Part shown: piece after piece, positions 10,003 through 20,566 of the stretch
Layout: every line of letters starts with the position of its first letter
How positions within the stretch are numbered: the stretch's first letter is position 1
Assembly (NCBI GenBank): GCA_963843585.1
Contig: CAWJLJ010000003.1
Span: 107,075 to 171,074 of the forward strand
Origin: an uncultured Acidobacteriota bacterium
GTDB lineage: Bacteria; Actinomycetota; Acidimicrobiia; Spongiisociales; ZC4RG35
Direction: 5' to 3'
DNA length: 64,000 bases
The notes under the pieces: generated by a model
Told to the model about the DNA's origin: nothing
The model's database searches: none
What the model saw: only the letters and a program-made list of their open reading frames with translations
Position numbers and translations under genes: made by a program

Positions 10003-11114
10003 CTACGCCGGCGCAGCGCACTCGGCCTCGCCGGTGAGGACAGGATGCCCGTGCGTCTCGATGTATGCGGGGATCAAACAGGAATCGATCGTCCCGTCCG
10101 GGGCTACCACCGCCCTGGCGACGGCGGTGGTTGCACTGGCAACGGAGTTGTGGGGCCAGACGAAGTTCCCCAGCGACCAGAAGACCGCCGCGTCGCCGAC
10201 CGTCTCCAGCGGCTGCATCCGATGGGGGTGGTGCCCGAAGATGATGTCCGCCCCCGCTTCGATCATGGCGTGTGCCCGGTCGATGTCGTCCTGACGGGGT
10301 GTCGTGTCGAGCTCCATCCCCCAGTGGATCGTGACGACGACGAGATCTGCCACTTCCTCGGCCGCGGCCACCGCCTCGACCATCGAGGGAGTGTCATCTC
10401 CGTTCCGCATCCCGGGCGAGTCGGCGGTGGCGTACCAGCCGTCATCGGGGGCGACTCCGCCGAAGCCGACCACGGCGACTTTCCAGCCGTTGATGTCGAA
10501 CAATGCCGGCTCGCCTGCCTCGGCTGCGTTGCGCCCGGCTCCGACTGGCTCGATCCCGGCGGCGAGCAACTGGTCCCGACCGTCGACCAGGGCCTCCTTG
10601 CCGAAGTCGCCGGAATGGTTGTTGCCCAGATTGCCGACGTCGATGCCATTGGCCTTGATCGAGGGCAGGGACTCGGTCGGACAGCGGAACACGAATGCCT
10701 TGTCCAGGGGAGAGCCCAGGTCGGATGTGACACATTCGAGATTGATCACGGTGAGATCGTCTTCGAGGAACAGCCCGTTCAGCCCCGACCAGGCGTGATC
10801 CCACCCCTCGGCAGCAAGAGCCGGGATGTATTCGGGGTCCACGGCCACATCCCCGGTGCCCTGGATCACCAGATATCCCTTCTCCGGGACGGTGGTGGGT
10901 GTGGTCGGTGTGGTCGTGCTCGCCAAAGGCAGAGTCGTCGTGGACGCGATCGTGGTGACATTCGGGAGGGTCGTGGTCGAAGTGCTCCGCCGCTGCCGCC
11001 ACCGTGGTCGGGGTGGTTGCCGCATCACGTGCTCACACTCCAGATGATGAAGGCGACGACGCCAGTGAGGACGCCACCGATCAAGATGATGAGCCAACGG
11101 AAGGTGCGAGTCAC
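10003..11114 (-). CDS. CapA family (metallophosphatase-like) protein with N-terminal anchor, about 2 frameshifts in linker
   Basis: The core is intact in ORF 10003..11097 (GNLGNNHSGDFG, VVVTIHWGMELDTTP, ADIIFGHHPHRMQP). The TM anchor VTRTFRWLIILIGGVLTGVVAFIIW, starting at GTG 11114, is in another frame. Confidence 0.75.
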
Positions 11115-11164
11115 GCTCGAAAGACGGTAATAAGACGTGGGTCGTAGACCTACCAGCCTACAAC

Positions 11165-11180
11165 GGCGGCGAGAGCCGCC
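11165..11180 (-). terminator. short GC hairpin directly after the aap operon
   Basis: GGCGGC-GAGA-GCCGCC abuts the aapP-like stop codon. Confidence 0.4.
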
Positions 11181-11950
11181 TACAGGATCTGACTCAAGAA
11201 CAGCTTGGTGCGCACTTCCTGTGGGTCGGTGAAGAAATGCTCCGGGGTGCCCACCTCGACGATCTCGCCTTCGGCCATGAACACCACCCGGTTGGCCACC
11301 GCCCGGGCAAAGCCCATCTCGTGGGTCACGACGATCATGGTCATCCCACCCCGGCCCAGCTCGACCATGACGTCGAGCACCTCTTTGATCATCTCCGGGT
11401 CGAGGGCCGATGTCGGCTCGTCGAACAGCATCACCTTGGGCTGCATCGCCAGGGCCCGGGCGATGGCGACCCTCTGCTGCTGACCTCCCGATAGCTGGCC
11501 GGGATACTTGCGGGCCTGCTCCGGGATCTTGACCCGTGTCAGCGTCTGCATGGCAAGCGCCTCAGCATCCTTCTTGGGCAGCTTCCGAACCTGGCGTGGT
11601 GCAAGCGTCACGTTTTCGAGCACGGTGAGATGCGGGAACAGGTTGAACTGTTGGAAGACCATTCCGGTCTCCCGACGCACCTCCTGGATGTTGCGGACGT
11701 CGTCGGACAACTCGATCCCGTCGACCACGAGACGGCCTGCGTCGTGTTTTTCCAGACGGTTGATGCACCGAATGAGGGTGGATTTGCCGCCGCCCGAGGG
11801 CCCGATGACCACCACGACCTCCTGCTGACCGACCCGCATGTTGATGTCCTTCAGGGCCTGGAAGTTGCCGAAGAACTTGTCCACCCCCACCAGCTCGATG
11901 ATGGCGTCGCCGGTCGCCCTGGTGGCATCGCTGTAATCGGTCACCGTCAT
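11180..11950 (-). CDS. aapP: amino-acid ABC transporter ATP-binding protein (AapP/BztD-like)
   Basis: Starts MTVTDYSD.., with Walker [10 protein letters not shown], signature [15 protein letters not shown], Walker [12 protein letters not shown] and a C-terminal [10 protein letters not shown]. Its ATGA start overlaps the upstream permease stop. The listed 648-aa ORF is a read-through artefact. Confidence 0.9.
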   Translation of the reverse strand: MTVTDYSDATRATGDAIIELVGVDKFFGNFQALKDINMRVGQQEVVVVIGPSGGGKSTLIRCINRLEKHDAGRLVVDGIELSDDVRNIQEVRRETGMVFQQFNLFPHLTVLENVTLAPRQVRKLPKKDAEALAMQTLTRVKIPEQARKYPGQLSGGQQQRVAIARALAMQPKVMLFDEPTSALDPEMIKEVLDVMVELGRGGMTMIVVTHEMGFARAVANRVVFMAEGEIVEVGTPEHFFTDPQEVRTKLFLSQIL

Positions 11951-13194
11951 CTCTCGCCCACCCCCAGCTTCCGCTCCAGCCTCCGTGATTCCCTCGACAT
12001 CGTGTAACACCCGACCCAGAAGATGAGGGCTGCGAAGCTCAGGGTCACGACGAAGAGACCTTTGCCCAGGTAAGCGGTTTGTGAGTTGACGACGAAAGTC
12101 GCTTCCAGCAGCTCGGTGATGCCGAGGACCGCCACCAGCGTCGTGTCCTTGAAGAGGCTGATGAACTGCCCGACCATGGCGGGGATGGTGGCCCGAAGCG
12201 CCTGAGGGAGGACGATGAGACGCATCGTTTTCCACGGGGCCAACCCCACCGCCTGGGCTGCCTCCACCTGACCGCGGGGGACCGCTTGAAGCCCGCCCCG
12301 AACCACCTCGGCGATGTAGGCCGCCTCGAAGGCGATGATGGCGATCAGCATCCTGGTGACGAAGCCGGGTCGAATATCCCTCGGGATGATGAAACCGATG
12401 GCAAAGGCACCGGCGATGAGCACGGTGATCAGGGGCACCCCTCTGACCAACTCGATATAGCCCACCGAGATGGTGCGGATCACCGGCAGTGATGAGCGAC
12501 GGCCCATGGCGAGGAGAAGGCCGAAGGGGAAGGCGACGAGGAGCCCGGCGAAGGTCAGGAAGAGATTGAGTTGGAGCCCGCCCCAGCCCTGCCAACCGAC
12601 TCCGCCGAAGCCGGCCAGAGAGATATATGAAGCGGCGATCAGCACCACGGCGATGAGCCAGGTCCACCTCCGGACAGCCCGGGGCAAGACTCGTCCCAGG
12701 TAGTAGGAGCCGAGCCCCACGACCAGCGCCCCGATGGCGAGCAGGGTCGGGGTGATGGTCGTGGTGAAGGAGAGGATGACCGCGATCAATGCGAGGATCG
12801 GCCAGAAGCGAATGACGATCTGGCGAAGAGTGGTGCGCACGTAGGGCAGACCCGCTTCTGATGCCCGATCCCTGGCTCCGGCAGCGAGCGAACCGCCCGT
12901 GACACCGAACATCACGGCCCAGCAGTATGTCGCCGCCCATGGCCGCCAAAGCTGGTCGGCGGGGAACTCCCCGATCATGAACAGCCGCAGGTTGGCCCGG
13001 ATGATCTCGTACTCGGCCGAGAGCAGCCCACGCACCAAGGCAACCAACGCCCAGATCACGAATGCGGCCAGGGCCACGGTGAGCAGGCTGTTGTACCAGT
13101 TGTTGAACAGGTTCTTCCGAGCCCAATCCATCGGGCCCCGGGCCGGCTCCACCTGCGGCGGGGCTTCCTCGAAGACAGGAGCCTCGACCGTCAT
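11947..13194 (-). CDS. aapM: general amino-acid ABC transporter permease (AapM/BztC-like)
   Basis: Intact 415 aa running from [10 protein letters not shown].. to ..RKLGVGER. It has the EAA-type loop ([27 protein letters not shown]) and ATGA overlaps at both ends. Confidence 0.85.
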   Translation of the reverse strand: MTVEAPVFEEAPPQVEPARGPMDWARKNLFNNWYNSLLTVALAAFVIWALVALVRGLLSAEYEIIRANLRLFMIGEFPADQLWRPWAATYCWAVMFGVTGGSLAAGARDRASEAGLPYVRTTLRQIVIRFWPILALIAVILSFTTTITPTLLAIGALVVGLGSYYLGRVLPRAVRRWTWLIAVVLIAASYISLAGFGGVGWQGWGGLQLNLFLTFAGLLVAFPFGLLLAMGRRSSLPVIRTISVGYIELVRGVPLITVLIAGAFAIGFIIPRDIRPGFVTRMLIAIIAFEAAYIAEVVRGGLQAVPRGQVEAAQAVGLAPWKTMRLIVLPQALRATIPAMVGQFISLFKDTTLVAVLGITELLEATFVVNSQTAYLGKGLFVVTLSFAALIFWVGCYTMSRESRRLERKLGVGER

Positions 13195-14364
13195 CGGGTC
13201 ACCAGTTGCATGCGTCGATTCACCACATTGACGATGAGAGAGATGATCAAGGAGAAGATGAGGTACCCGCCCATGAGTAGGAAGATCATCTGCGGTGCGG
13301 GTTGGCCGTTCCCGATCAGTTGGAAGGTGATCCGGGTCATCTCGGCGTAGCCGATGGCAATGGCGAGTGAGGTGTTCTTGGTGAAGTTCAGGTACTGGCT
13401 GATGATCGGCGGGATGGCGATTCGCATCGCCTGGGGCATGATCACGTAACGAAGACGCTGGAACGGGGTGAGGGCGATGGCATTGGCCGCCTCGGACTGG
13501 CCCCGAGGCACGGCGAGGATGCTGCCGCGCACGATCTCGGCGACATGTGACGCGGTGTAGAGGACGAGAGCGGCCAGAACCGCCCAGTAGGCGGCCAGAC
13601 CCGTGTACCCGCCCTCGAGGGCCCTGCCGTCGAGGATCGGGCCGGGAGAGACCGATCGGCCCGCCGAGCGCGACGAAGCCGATCAGGGAGATGGCACTGA
13701 AGACACCCAGCGCCCAGAGGAAGCGGTGGTGATGCTCCCCGGTCTGTTCCGAACGTCGGGTCCGCCACCACCAGACCCCAGCCGCGATGAGCAGTGCCAC
13801 AGCCATGATCGCAAGGAAAGGCCCGAAGTTGGGCTGGGCGGTGAACCCGACCATGGCGAGGTATCGGTTGTTGACGATCACCAGGTCGGAGAGGTTCAGC
13901 GACTCCTGCAAGATCGGGAACCGGAGCACCACTGCGTTGAACACGAAGAAGATGATGAGCAGTGGGGGGATGTTGCGAATGATCTCTACGTAGAGCCCGG
14001 CGGCCTTGGCCACCAGCCAGTTGGTGGAGAGACGGGCCACTCCAACCAGCACCCCGATCAAGGTGAGCAGAGGGATGCCCACGACCACCAGGGCCAAGGT
14101 GTTCTTGACCGCGTTGAGCAGCCCCCGCCAGATCGGAGCAGACGGGCTGATGTCGGAGCCGGGGATGTCCACCCCGAGTGGTTGGGTGAGGAAATCGAAG
14201 CCGGTGGGGAGCCCGGCGGCACGCAGGTTGTTGGTCAGGTTGAACCAGAGCACGTAGAGGATGATCAACACAGCCGCCCCGGCCAGCACCTGGATCACGG
14301 CGCGTAGGACCCGCACGTCCCGCCACAACCGAGGCCGGTGCCTGGTCTCCTCCACCACTGTCAC
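13191..14364 (-). CDS. aapQ: general amino-acid ABC transporter permease (AapQ/BztB-like), 1 frameshift
   Basis: GTG start, [20 protein letters not shown].. The C-terminal third is in ORF 13191..13532 ([39 protein letters not shown]). Length is 3n+1, and an extra C near 13650 (CGGCCCGATC) explains the break. Confidence 0.85.
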
Positions 14365-14392
14365 ATGATCACCGCCTGATCACCGCCTGGCC

Positions 14393-14421
14393 GGTGGGGT
14401 GGCCGCACTGGCCACCCCACC
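14393..14421 (-). promoter_or_regulatory. intercistronic 12-bp GC hairpin between binding-protein and permease genes
   Basis: GGTGGGGTGGCC-GCACT-GGCCACCCCACC. It is preceded by a tandem GATCACCGCCT x2 (14367-14388). Confidence 0.55.
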
Positions 14422-14431
14422 TCGTCATTTT

Positions 14432-15607
14432 CTAGCGATATGGCGGCGGGTAGTGCAGTCCGCCGTCGGTCCAAAGCGAGTTGAGCAGTCGCTCGAGAGC
14501 CAAGGGCGAGCCCGGACCCACATTCCGGTCGTAGATCTCGGCATAGTTACCGACCTGGGTGATCACTTGGGCGGCAAAGTCCGTAGCGAGACCGAGACCC
14601 GGGTCGAACGGCGCCGTCCCTTCCTCCGTCTCAACAGGGAGCCCGAGGAAGTTCCTGATGTTGGTGTCCTCGGTGTCGGCGAAGGTGTCGACATTCGTGG
14701 AGTCGATCCCGAACTCCTCTGCCTGCATGGTGGCCAGGACGATCCAGTCCACCACCTGGGCCCACTGCGAGTCGCCGTCGAGCACGGCCGGGCCTAGGGG
14801 CTCCTTCGAGAAGGTCTCCTCCAGGATCACCAGTGCCTCGGGACCGCCCTGATCCTCGGGCCATGCCGAACGCACCCCAGCGAGCTGGGACTTGTCCGAC
14901 GTCCAGCCGTCGCATTGTCCCTCGATGAAGGCCGCCTGGATCTGCGGGTTCTCGTCGAAGGTCAGCGGGGTGTACGGGATGTCGGCCATTCTCGCCGTCA
15001 GGTTCAACTCGGTCGTGGTCCCGGAGAGGACGCAGATCGTGGTGTCGGTCATGTCGTCGATGGTGGTAAACCCGCTGTCGGCGGCGACCATCATCCCCTG
15101 GCCGTCGTAGAAGGTCGTGGTGAGGAAGGTGGCCGCGAGACCGCCATCACGACTCGAGGTGTACGTGGTGTTCCGGACCAGGACATCGACCTCTCCCGAC
15201 TGCAGAGCGGTGAACCTCTGCTCGGCGGTCAGGTCGACGTAGGTCACTGCTTCGGCATCACCGAGCACTCCCGCTGCGATGGCCCGGCAGAAGTCGATGT
15301 CGAACCCGACGTGCTCGCCGGTCTCGTCGACGAACCCGAAGCCCGGAACCGTGTTGTTCACACCGCAGTTCAGCGTGCCTCGGGCCTGGACCTCAGCCAG
15401 GAGCCCATCACCTGCCGGTGCCTCCTCGCCGGCCGTGGTCGTGGTCTCCTCGCCGGCGGCGCTGGTCGTTGTCTCCTCACCGGCGGCTTCGGTCGTCTCC
15501 GGCGTCTCACCGCTGGTGGTGGTCGTCGTGTCTGCCGCTTGTGTACATGCGGCCAGGACCAGCATCAGGGCGGTCAAGGCGGCAAATAGCTTGCTTGCCT
15601 TCATCAC
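14432..15607 (-). CDS. aapJ: general amino-acid ABC transporter substrate-binding lipoprotein (AapJ/BztA-like)
   Basis: Intact 391 aa. It has a lipobox (LVLAAC), a Thr/Glu-rich linker and a type-3 SBP core. A GGAGG RBS precedes it. Confidence 0.85.
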   Translation of the reverse strand: MMKASKLFAALTALMLVLAACTQAADTTTTTSGETPETTEAAGEETTTSAAGEETTTTAGEEAPAGDGLLAEVQARGTLNCGVNNTVPGFGFVDETGEHVGFDIDFCRAIAAGVLGDAEAVTYVDLTAEQRFTALQSGEVDVLVRNTTYTSSRDGGLAATFLTTTFYDGQGMMVAADSGFTTIDDMTDTTICVLSGTTTELNLTARMADIPYTPLTFDENPQIQAAFIEGQCDGWTSDKSQLAGVRSAWPEDQGGPEALVILEETFSKEPLGPAVLDGDSQWAQVVDWIVLATMQAEEFGIDSTNVDTFADTEDTNIRNFLGLPVETEEGTAPFDPGLGLATDFAAQVITQVGNYAEIYDRNVGPGSPLALERLLNSLWTDGGLHYPPPYR

Positions 15608-15729
15608 TACCTCCGTTGGATCACTTTGTGGGCGTCACGAGGCCACGTATCGCACCGGGGGCGACCCTAGCCACCGGGCCGGGGACGGGTCCGTTCGGTA
15701 GCCTGAAATCCACTTCCGAAGGGGCCTCC

Positions 15730-16971
15730 GTGTCAGACCGCATCGTTGCCCGGATCGTGTGGGTGCTCGCCGCCCTGGCCCTCGCCGTCACCGCATTCGG
15801 GATCTGGTACGACGTGCGCAACGCGCTCGGTGACGAATCTCCCCTGTTCGTCGCCGACGGCATCGCCTGGGCTCTGCTTCCCGCGGTCTTCGTCCTCACC
15901 GGGGCGCTGATCGTGTCCCGGCAGCCTCGCAACATCATCGGGTTGTTGTTGATGATCCCCGGTCTCGTCTTCCTCGCCGCAGGAGTGGTCGATGTCGCCT
16001 TCGGCTCGCTGGAACAGGGCGTCCAGCCCGAGGCGATGACGTCGGGCTCTGGCTGCGACTCTGGTTCGACAACTGGTCTTGGGTGCTCCTCATCTTCCCC
16101 ATCTTCCATCTGATGCTGGTCTTCCCGACGGGGCGGCTCCTGTCGTCACGCTGGAGATGGATCGTGGGCCTGGAGATCGCGATGGTCCTCTTCATGATGT
16201 TTGCGAGCGCCTTCAGCCAGGAGATGGGTCCACTCAACGTCGAAGACGAGGATGCCTGGGTCCTTGCCCAACCCGATCGGGTTCCTCCCCGAGAGACTTC
16301 TTCGGCGCGACGTTCGAGGCTGTCTGGAGCGCCGGTCTGCTCATCATGACGGTTTCGTCGCTGTTGGCGCTGGTGCTCCGCTTTCGGCGCGCATCTCAAA
16401 TGGAACGTCAACAGCTCAAGTGGTTGCTCTTCGCCGTCACCGGTGTTCGCCCTGATCTACGGGATCACCGCAGTCACCGCAGGTGAAGCTCGAGACCGGC
16501 GGGTTGGGCGACCTCCTCTTCGTCATCTCGATGATGGGCATCCCGGTGTCGATCGCCGTCGCCGTGCTCAGGTTCCATCTCTACGACCTCGACCGGATCA
16601 TCCGGCGGACACTGCTCTATGCGGTGCTGACCGGTCTCCTCATCGGCATCTTCGCCCTGTCCGTGTTCGTCATCCAAGGTGTGGTCGGCGGCGTCGTCGG
16701 CGAGGATTCTCCGCTCGTTGTGGCCGTGTCCACCCTTCTCATCGCTGCTCTCTTCAATCCGCTGCGCCGTCGTCTCCAGGGTCTGATCGATCGACGCCTA
16801 TACCGGAGCAAATACGACGCCCAGAGAGTCATCGACGAGTTCGTCACCACGGCCCGGAACGAGGCGGACATGAGCCTGCTCTCGGCCGACCTGCTCGATG
16901 TGGTCGACCAAACGGTCCAGCCGTCGCTTCAGGGGCTGTGGATCAAAGGGGCCGAGACCCAGGACGCCTGA
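15730..16971 (+). CDS. multi-pass membrane protein resembling the sensor module of actinobacterial histidine kinases (no kinase domain), about 4 frameshifts
   Basis: The pieces lie in ORFs 15418..16113, 16083..16349, 16079..16486 and 16483..16971. Motifs include LRFRRASQMERQQLKWLLFAV and IDRRLYRSKYDAQRVIDEF. Confidence 0.55.
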
Positions 16972-16975
16972 CCGG

Positions 16976-17716
16976 TCACGTGACCTCCGCCATCAGTCGC
17001 AGGAACCGCCGCGCCCTGTCCGTCGTGGGATTGACCAGGACCTGATCCGGAGGGCCCTCCTCCACGACCCGCCCCTCGTCCATGAACAGCACCCGGTCGG
17101 CCACGTCCCGGGCAAAGGCGAGCTCATGGGACACGACGATCATGGTCATCCCCTCGGCGGCAAGGGTCTTGATCGCACCGAGAACTTCGCCCACCAGCTC
17201 CGGGTCCAGAGCCGAGGTCGGCTCGTCGAAGAGCATCAAGGAAGGGTTCATGGCGAGGGCACGGATGATGGCCACCCGCTGCTGTTGCCCACCGGAGAGG
17301 CGATCCGGGTATTCATCACGCTTGTCGGCCAGGTCGAAGCGGTTGAGGAGATGCTGGGCTGTGATCTGGGCTTCTTCCTTGGAGATCTTCAGCACCTTGT
17401 TCGGGGCCAGAGTGATGTTGTCCAGGACCGACAAGTGCGGGAACAGGTTGAACGATTGGAACACGATGCCGATGCGCCGACGAGCGTCGTCGGCGTCGAA
17501 CTCGGGGTCCGCGATGTCCACGCCGTCGAGAAGGATCTCACCGTCGTCGACCGGCTCGAGCAGGTTGATGCATCGCAGCAGGGTCGACTTCCCCGACCCC
17601 GAAGGCCCTACCACCGCCAAGACTTCGTGGGTGGAGAGGGCGAGACTGACGTCGGCGAGGACGACGAGGTCGCCGAACTGTTTCCAGACGCCGCGAACAT
17701 CGAGCAGGGCACTCAC
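16976..17716 (-). CDS. polar amino-acid ABC transporter ATP-binding protein
   Basis: GTG start in a GTGA overlap with the permease stop. Motifs [30 protein letters not shown] and [10 protein letters not shown] are present. Confidence 0.9.
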   Translation of the reverse strand: MSALLDVRGVWKQFGDLVVLADVSLALSTHEVLAVVGPSGSGKSTLLRCINLLEPVDDGEILLDGVDIADPEFDADDARRRIGIVFQSFNLFPHLSVLDNITLAPNKVLKISKEEAQITAQHLLNRFDLADKRDEYPDRLSGGQQQRVAIIRALAMNPSLMLFDEPTSALDPELVGEVLGAIKTLAAEGMTMIVVSHELAFARDVADRVLFMDEGRVVEEGPPDQVLVNPTTDRARRFLRLMAEVT

Positions 17717-18582
17717 AAGGAGGTCCCGGTGGTCCGTTCCCGTTGACGCCGGATCAGATAGTCGGTGAACCGGGCCAGCGGGATAGTCACGAGCATGAAG
17801 AGAAAGGCTGCGGCCAGATACGCAGTGAAGTTGAAGGTCTCGGCGACATAGATCTGCGATCGGCGGAACGCCTCCTGGACCCCCAGTAGGGCGAGGAGGG
17901 CCGAGTCCTTCTGGAGGGCGACGAAATCGTTGAGCAGCGGGGGGATCACCCGTCGCACCGCCTGGGGCAGCACGACCCATCTCATCGACTGGGCGGAGCT
18001 CAGTCCTAGTGAGCGAGCGGCGGACGTCTGGCTCTCATGAACCGAGTCGATGCCGGCCCGATACACCTCGGCGACGTAGGCCGAGTACGAGATGACCAGG
18101 GTCGTGATGGCCCAGAACTCCTGGCTGTTTGGCACACCTTGCAACCTGAGCGCAGGCACACCGAAGCCGAGGAGGAAGAGCAGGATGATCGTCGGGATGC
18201 CCCGGATGATGTCGACGTAGGCAGTCGCGGCCAGACGCAACGGCGTCAGCACCGGAGCCCGGCTGCTGCGGATCACAGCCAAGATGAGGGCGACGATGAG
18301 GATGAATACCTCGGCGATGAGGAAGATGCGCACGTTGCGGGCAAACCCGGTGAGGATCTCGGGGAACGACGCCTTGAAATCCTCCCAGCTGAAGAATGAC
18401 TCGCGGACCGTCGGCCATCCCGGGGAGGTGACCACCACCAGGATGACGACCCCGAACACCACCACGGTGCTGACCGCACCGATGAGCAACGAGCGGCGGC
18501 GCTGCCGATTCTGATAGGCGAGACGCCGGGCCCGGCCCGGCGAGAGGCCCGGGTCCCGGAGCGGCGCCTCGGCCTCGGTCAT
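17713..18582 (-). CDS. polar amino-acid ABC transporter permease
   Basis: Intact 289 aa. The conserved loop reads AARSLGLSSAQSMRWVVLPQAVRRVIPPLLNDF. Confidence 0.9.
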   Translation of the reverse strand: MTEAEAPLRDPGLSPGRARRLAYQNRQRRRSLLIGAVSTVVVFGVVILVVVTSPGWPTVRESFFSWEDFKASFPEILTGFARNVRIFLIAEVFILIVALILAVIRSSRAPVLTPLRLAATAYVDIIRGIPTIILLFLLGFGVPALRLQGVPNSQEFWAITTLVISYSAYVAEVYRAGIDSVHESQTSAARSLGLSSAQSMRWVVLPQAVRRVIPPLLNDFVALQKDSALLALLGVQEAFRRSQIYVAETFNFTAYLAAAFLFMLVTIPLARFTDYLIRRQRERTTGTSL

Positions 18583-18594
18583 CAGTGGTCTGTG

Positions 18595-19428
18595 CTAGCC
18601 GGTCTCGATGATCGGGGCCTCGACCACATCAGAGAGCCACTCCTGCTGGATGGCTTCGAGATCGACGTTGGCCAGTGCCTCGTTGACGCAGTCCCGCAAC
18701 GGGTTGCCCTCTTCGAAGACCATCCCGAACTGCTCACTCTCCCCGGCTGACGGGAATTGGGCGATCACGGTCGAGCCCTCGATCTCCACCGCCGATACGA
18801 AGAATGCCGTCGGGAGGTCGAGCACCAGGCCATCGAGCTGGCCGGCGTCGAAGGCCGCCTTGGCGTCGGCATTGGTGTCGTAGACAAGGGGCTCGGTCTC
18901 CGGCTGGATCACATCGGTGATGAAGTCGAGGCTGGTGGTGCCGACCTGGGCCCCGAGCCGGTAAGCCTTGAGCTCCTCGATCGAGGTGGCCGATGCGATC
19001 TCGGAGTCGGAGAAACCGAGCAGCGCTTGATTGACGTCGTAGTACCCGTCGGAGAAATCGACCGCCTCTTCGCGCTCCTCGCTGATGGAGACCTGATTGA
19101 TGTCGAAATCGAAATCCTTTTCCCCTGGTGCGAAGGCGTTGTTGAAAGGCACGACGACCCAGGTCACCTCGTCCTCGGTGAAGCCGAGCTCGGCCGCCAC
19201 TGCATAGGCCACGGCGCTCTCGAACCCCGTGCCGGTCTCAGGACCGCCTTCGAAGTCGAACCAGGGCGGGAACGACGGCTCGTCGGTGCCAATGGTGAGG
19301 ACCCCTTCCTGGACCAGAGTCAGGTCTTCCTTCTCACACGAGACATCGCCGCCACCGCCGCCTTCCTCCGCGGCACACGCAGCCAGCAGCATGGCAAGGA
19401 CTGCGATGAGGGCGATGCTTCTCTTCAT
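18595..19428 (-). CDS. polar amino-acid ABC transporter substrate-binding lipoprotein
   Basis: ATG 19428 has a GGAGGAG RBS. Signal and lipobox are MKRSIALIAVLAMLLAAC, followed by a type-3 SBP core. The listed 370-aa ORF overextends upstream. Confidence 0.85.
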   Translation of the reverse strand: MKRSIALIAVLAMLLAACAAEEGGGGGDVSCEKEDLTLVQEGVLTIGTDEPSFPPWFDFEGGPETGTGFESAVAYAVAAELGFTEDEVTWVVVPFNNAFAPGEKDFDFDINQVSISEEREEAVDFSDGYYDVNQALLGFSDSEIASATSIEELKAYRLGAQVGTTSLDFITDVIQPETEPLVYDTNADAKAAFDAGQLDGLVLDLPTAFFVSAVEIEGSTVIAQFPSAGESEQFGMVFEEGNPLRDCVNEALANVDLEAIQQEWLSDVVEAPIIETG

Positions 19429-19564
19429 GTGGAGCTCCTCCGGGGTCAGTGAGATCCCGGGAGCGTAGTGCCCGACCATCATGGGGCCCGCCATAGGGCG
19501 AACCGAGAACTGCCCGATACAATCGCCCGGTCCGCAGGGGCAAGACTCAGGAGGAACAAACTCA

Positions 19565-20502
19565 ATGAAACGACGAATCATCTGGCTGATCGCTGCCATG
19601 GCGCTCATCGCCGCGGCGTGCGGCGGAGGCGAGCGAAGAGACCGCGACCACGGAGGCGACCGGGACCACAGGAGCGACTGAAACCACAGAAGCGACGGCG
19701 ACCACACAAGCCACCGAAACCACAGAAGCGACCGAGGGCGATCTCCTGTCGGCCATCGAGGAGGAAGGCGTGCTGACGGTGTCGACCGATCCCGCCTACC
19801 CGCCCCAGTCCTCCCTCAACGAGGAGACCGAGTGAGTACGAGGGCTTCGACATCGATGTGGCCACGGCGATCGCCGAGGCAATCGGGGTCGAGGTGGCCT
19901 GGGAGGCCCCGGCATGGGAGACGATCATCGCCGGCAACTGGAACGATCGTTGGGACCTCAGCGTCGGCTCGATGACGATCACCCCGGAGCGCGAAGAGGT
20001 GCTCCACTTCAGCACTCCCTACTACTACACACCAGCAGTGGTGGCGGTGGCGGCCGACGACGACTCCATCACCGATCTGACCACCGATCTCGATGGGCAG
20101 ACCATCGGAGTTTGTGGCGGTTGCACATACGACTTCTACCTGCAGGGGAACCTCGAGATCCCGGGGGAGACTTTCGACTTCGTGATCGACGACGCCGAGA
20201 TCGTGACAACCGACACCGACACCACCGCCATCGAGCAGCTGGCCCAGGGCCGACTGGCGGCTGTGATGTCGTCGGCGACGACGATCCAGGCTGCGATCGA
20301 CGCGGGCATCCCGATCAAGGTTGTGGGCGATCCCCTGTTCTACGAGCCCCTTGCGGCGGCGATCGACGGCAGCGCTTCGCTGAACACAGATTCGTTCGTG
20401 GCCCGGGTCTCGGAGATCATCGAAGGGATGCACGAGGACGGGTCACTCAGTGAGCTGTCGAACCAGTGGTTCGGCCTGGATCTGACGACGAAGACCTCTT
20501 GA
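19565..20502 (+). CDS. polar amino-acid ABC transporter substrate-binding lipoprotein, about 2 frameshifts in the linker
   Basis: AGGAGG RBS, then MKRRIIWLIAAMALIAAACGGG. A Thr/Glu linker follows in another frame, and the core is in ORF 19858..20502 (GFDIDVATAIAEAIG.., WDLSVGSMTITPER). Confidence 0.8.
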
Positions 20503-20510
20503 AATCCGGC

Positions 20511-20546
20511 GGCGGGGGCGTGGGACGGAAGTCCCGCGCCCCCGCC
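20511..20546 (+). promoter_or_regulatory. intercistronic 16-bp GC hairpin between binding-protein and permease genes
   Basis: GGCGGGGGCGTGGGAC-GGAA-GTCCCGCGCCCCCGCC, with one G-U pair. Confidence 0.6.
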
Positions 20547-20566
20547 CCGATCGACGAAATCAGGGG

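Noticed and set aside
9688-11130. Long ORFs antisense to or out of frame with real genes (for example 9688..11130 +, 30586..31992 -, 60708..61874 -, 22130..22993 -, 45952..46833 -, 57229..58674 -)
   Set aside because: Their sequences are Arg/Pro/Gly-rich and low-complexity, typical of non-coding frames in high-GC DNA. Each overlaps a gene with clear family motifs. Only short segments of some are real, where they pick up a frameshifted gene.
19600-19760. CRISPR-like or tandem-repeat array
   Set aside because: There are only two 17-nt repeats at a 36-nt period. They lie inside a coding Thr/Glu linker. No cas genes are present in the window.
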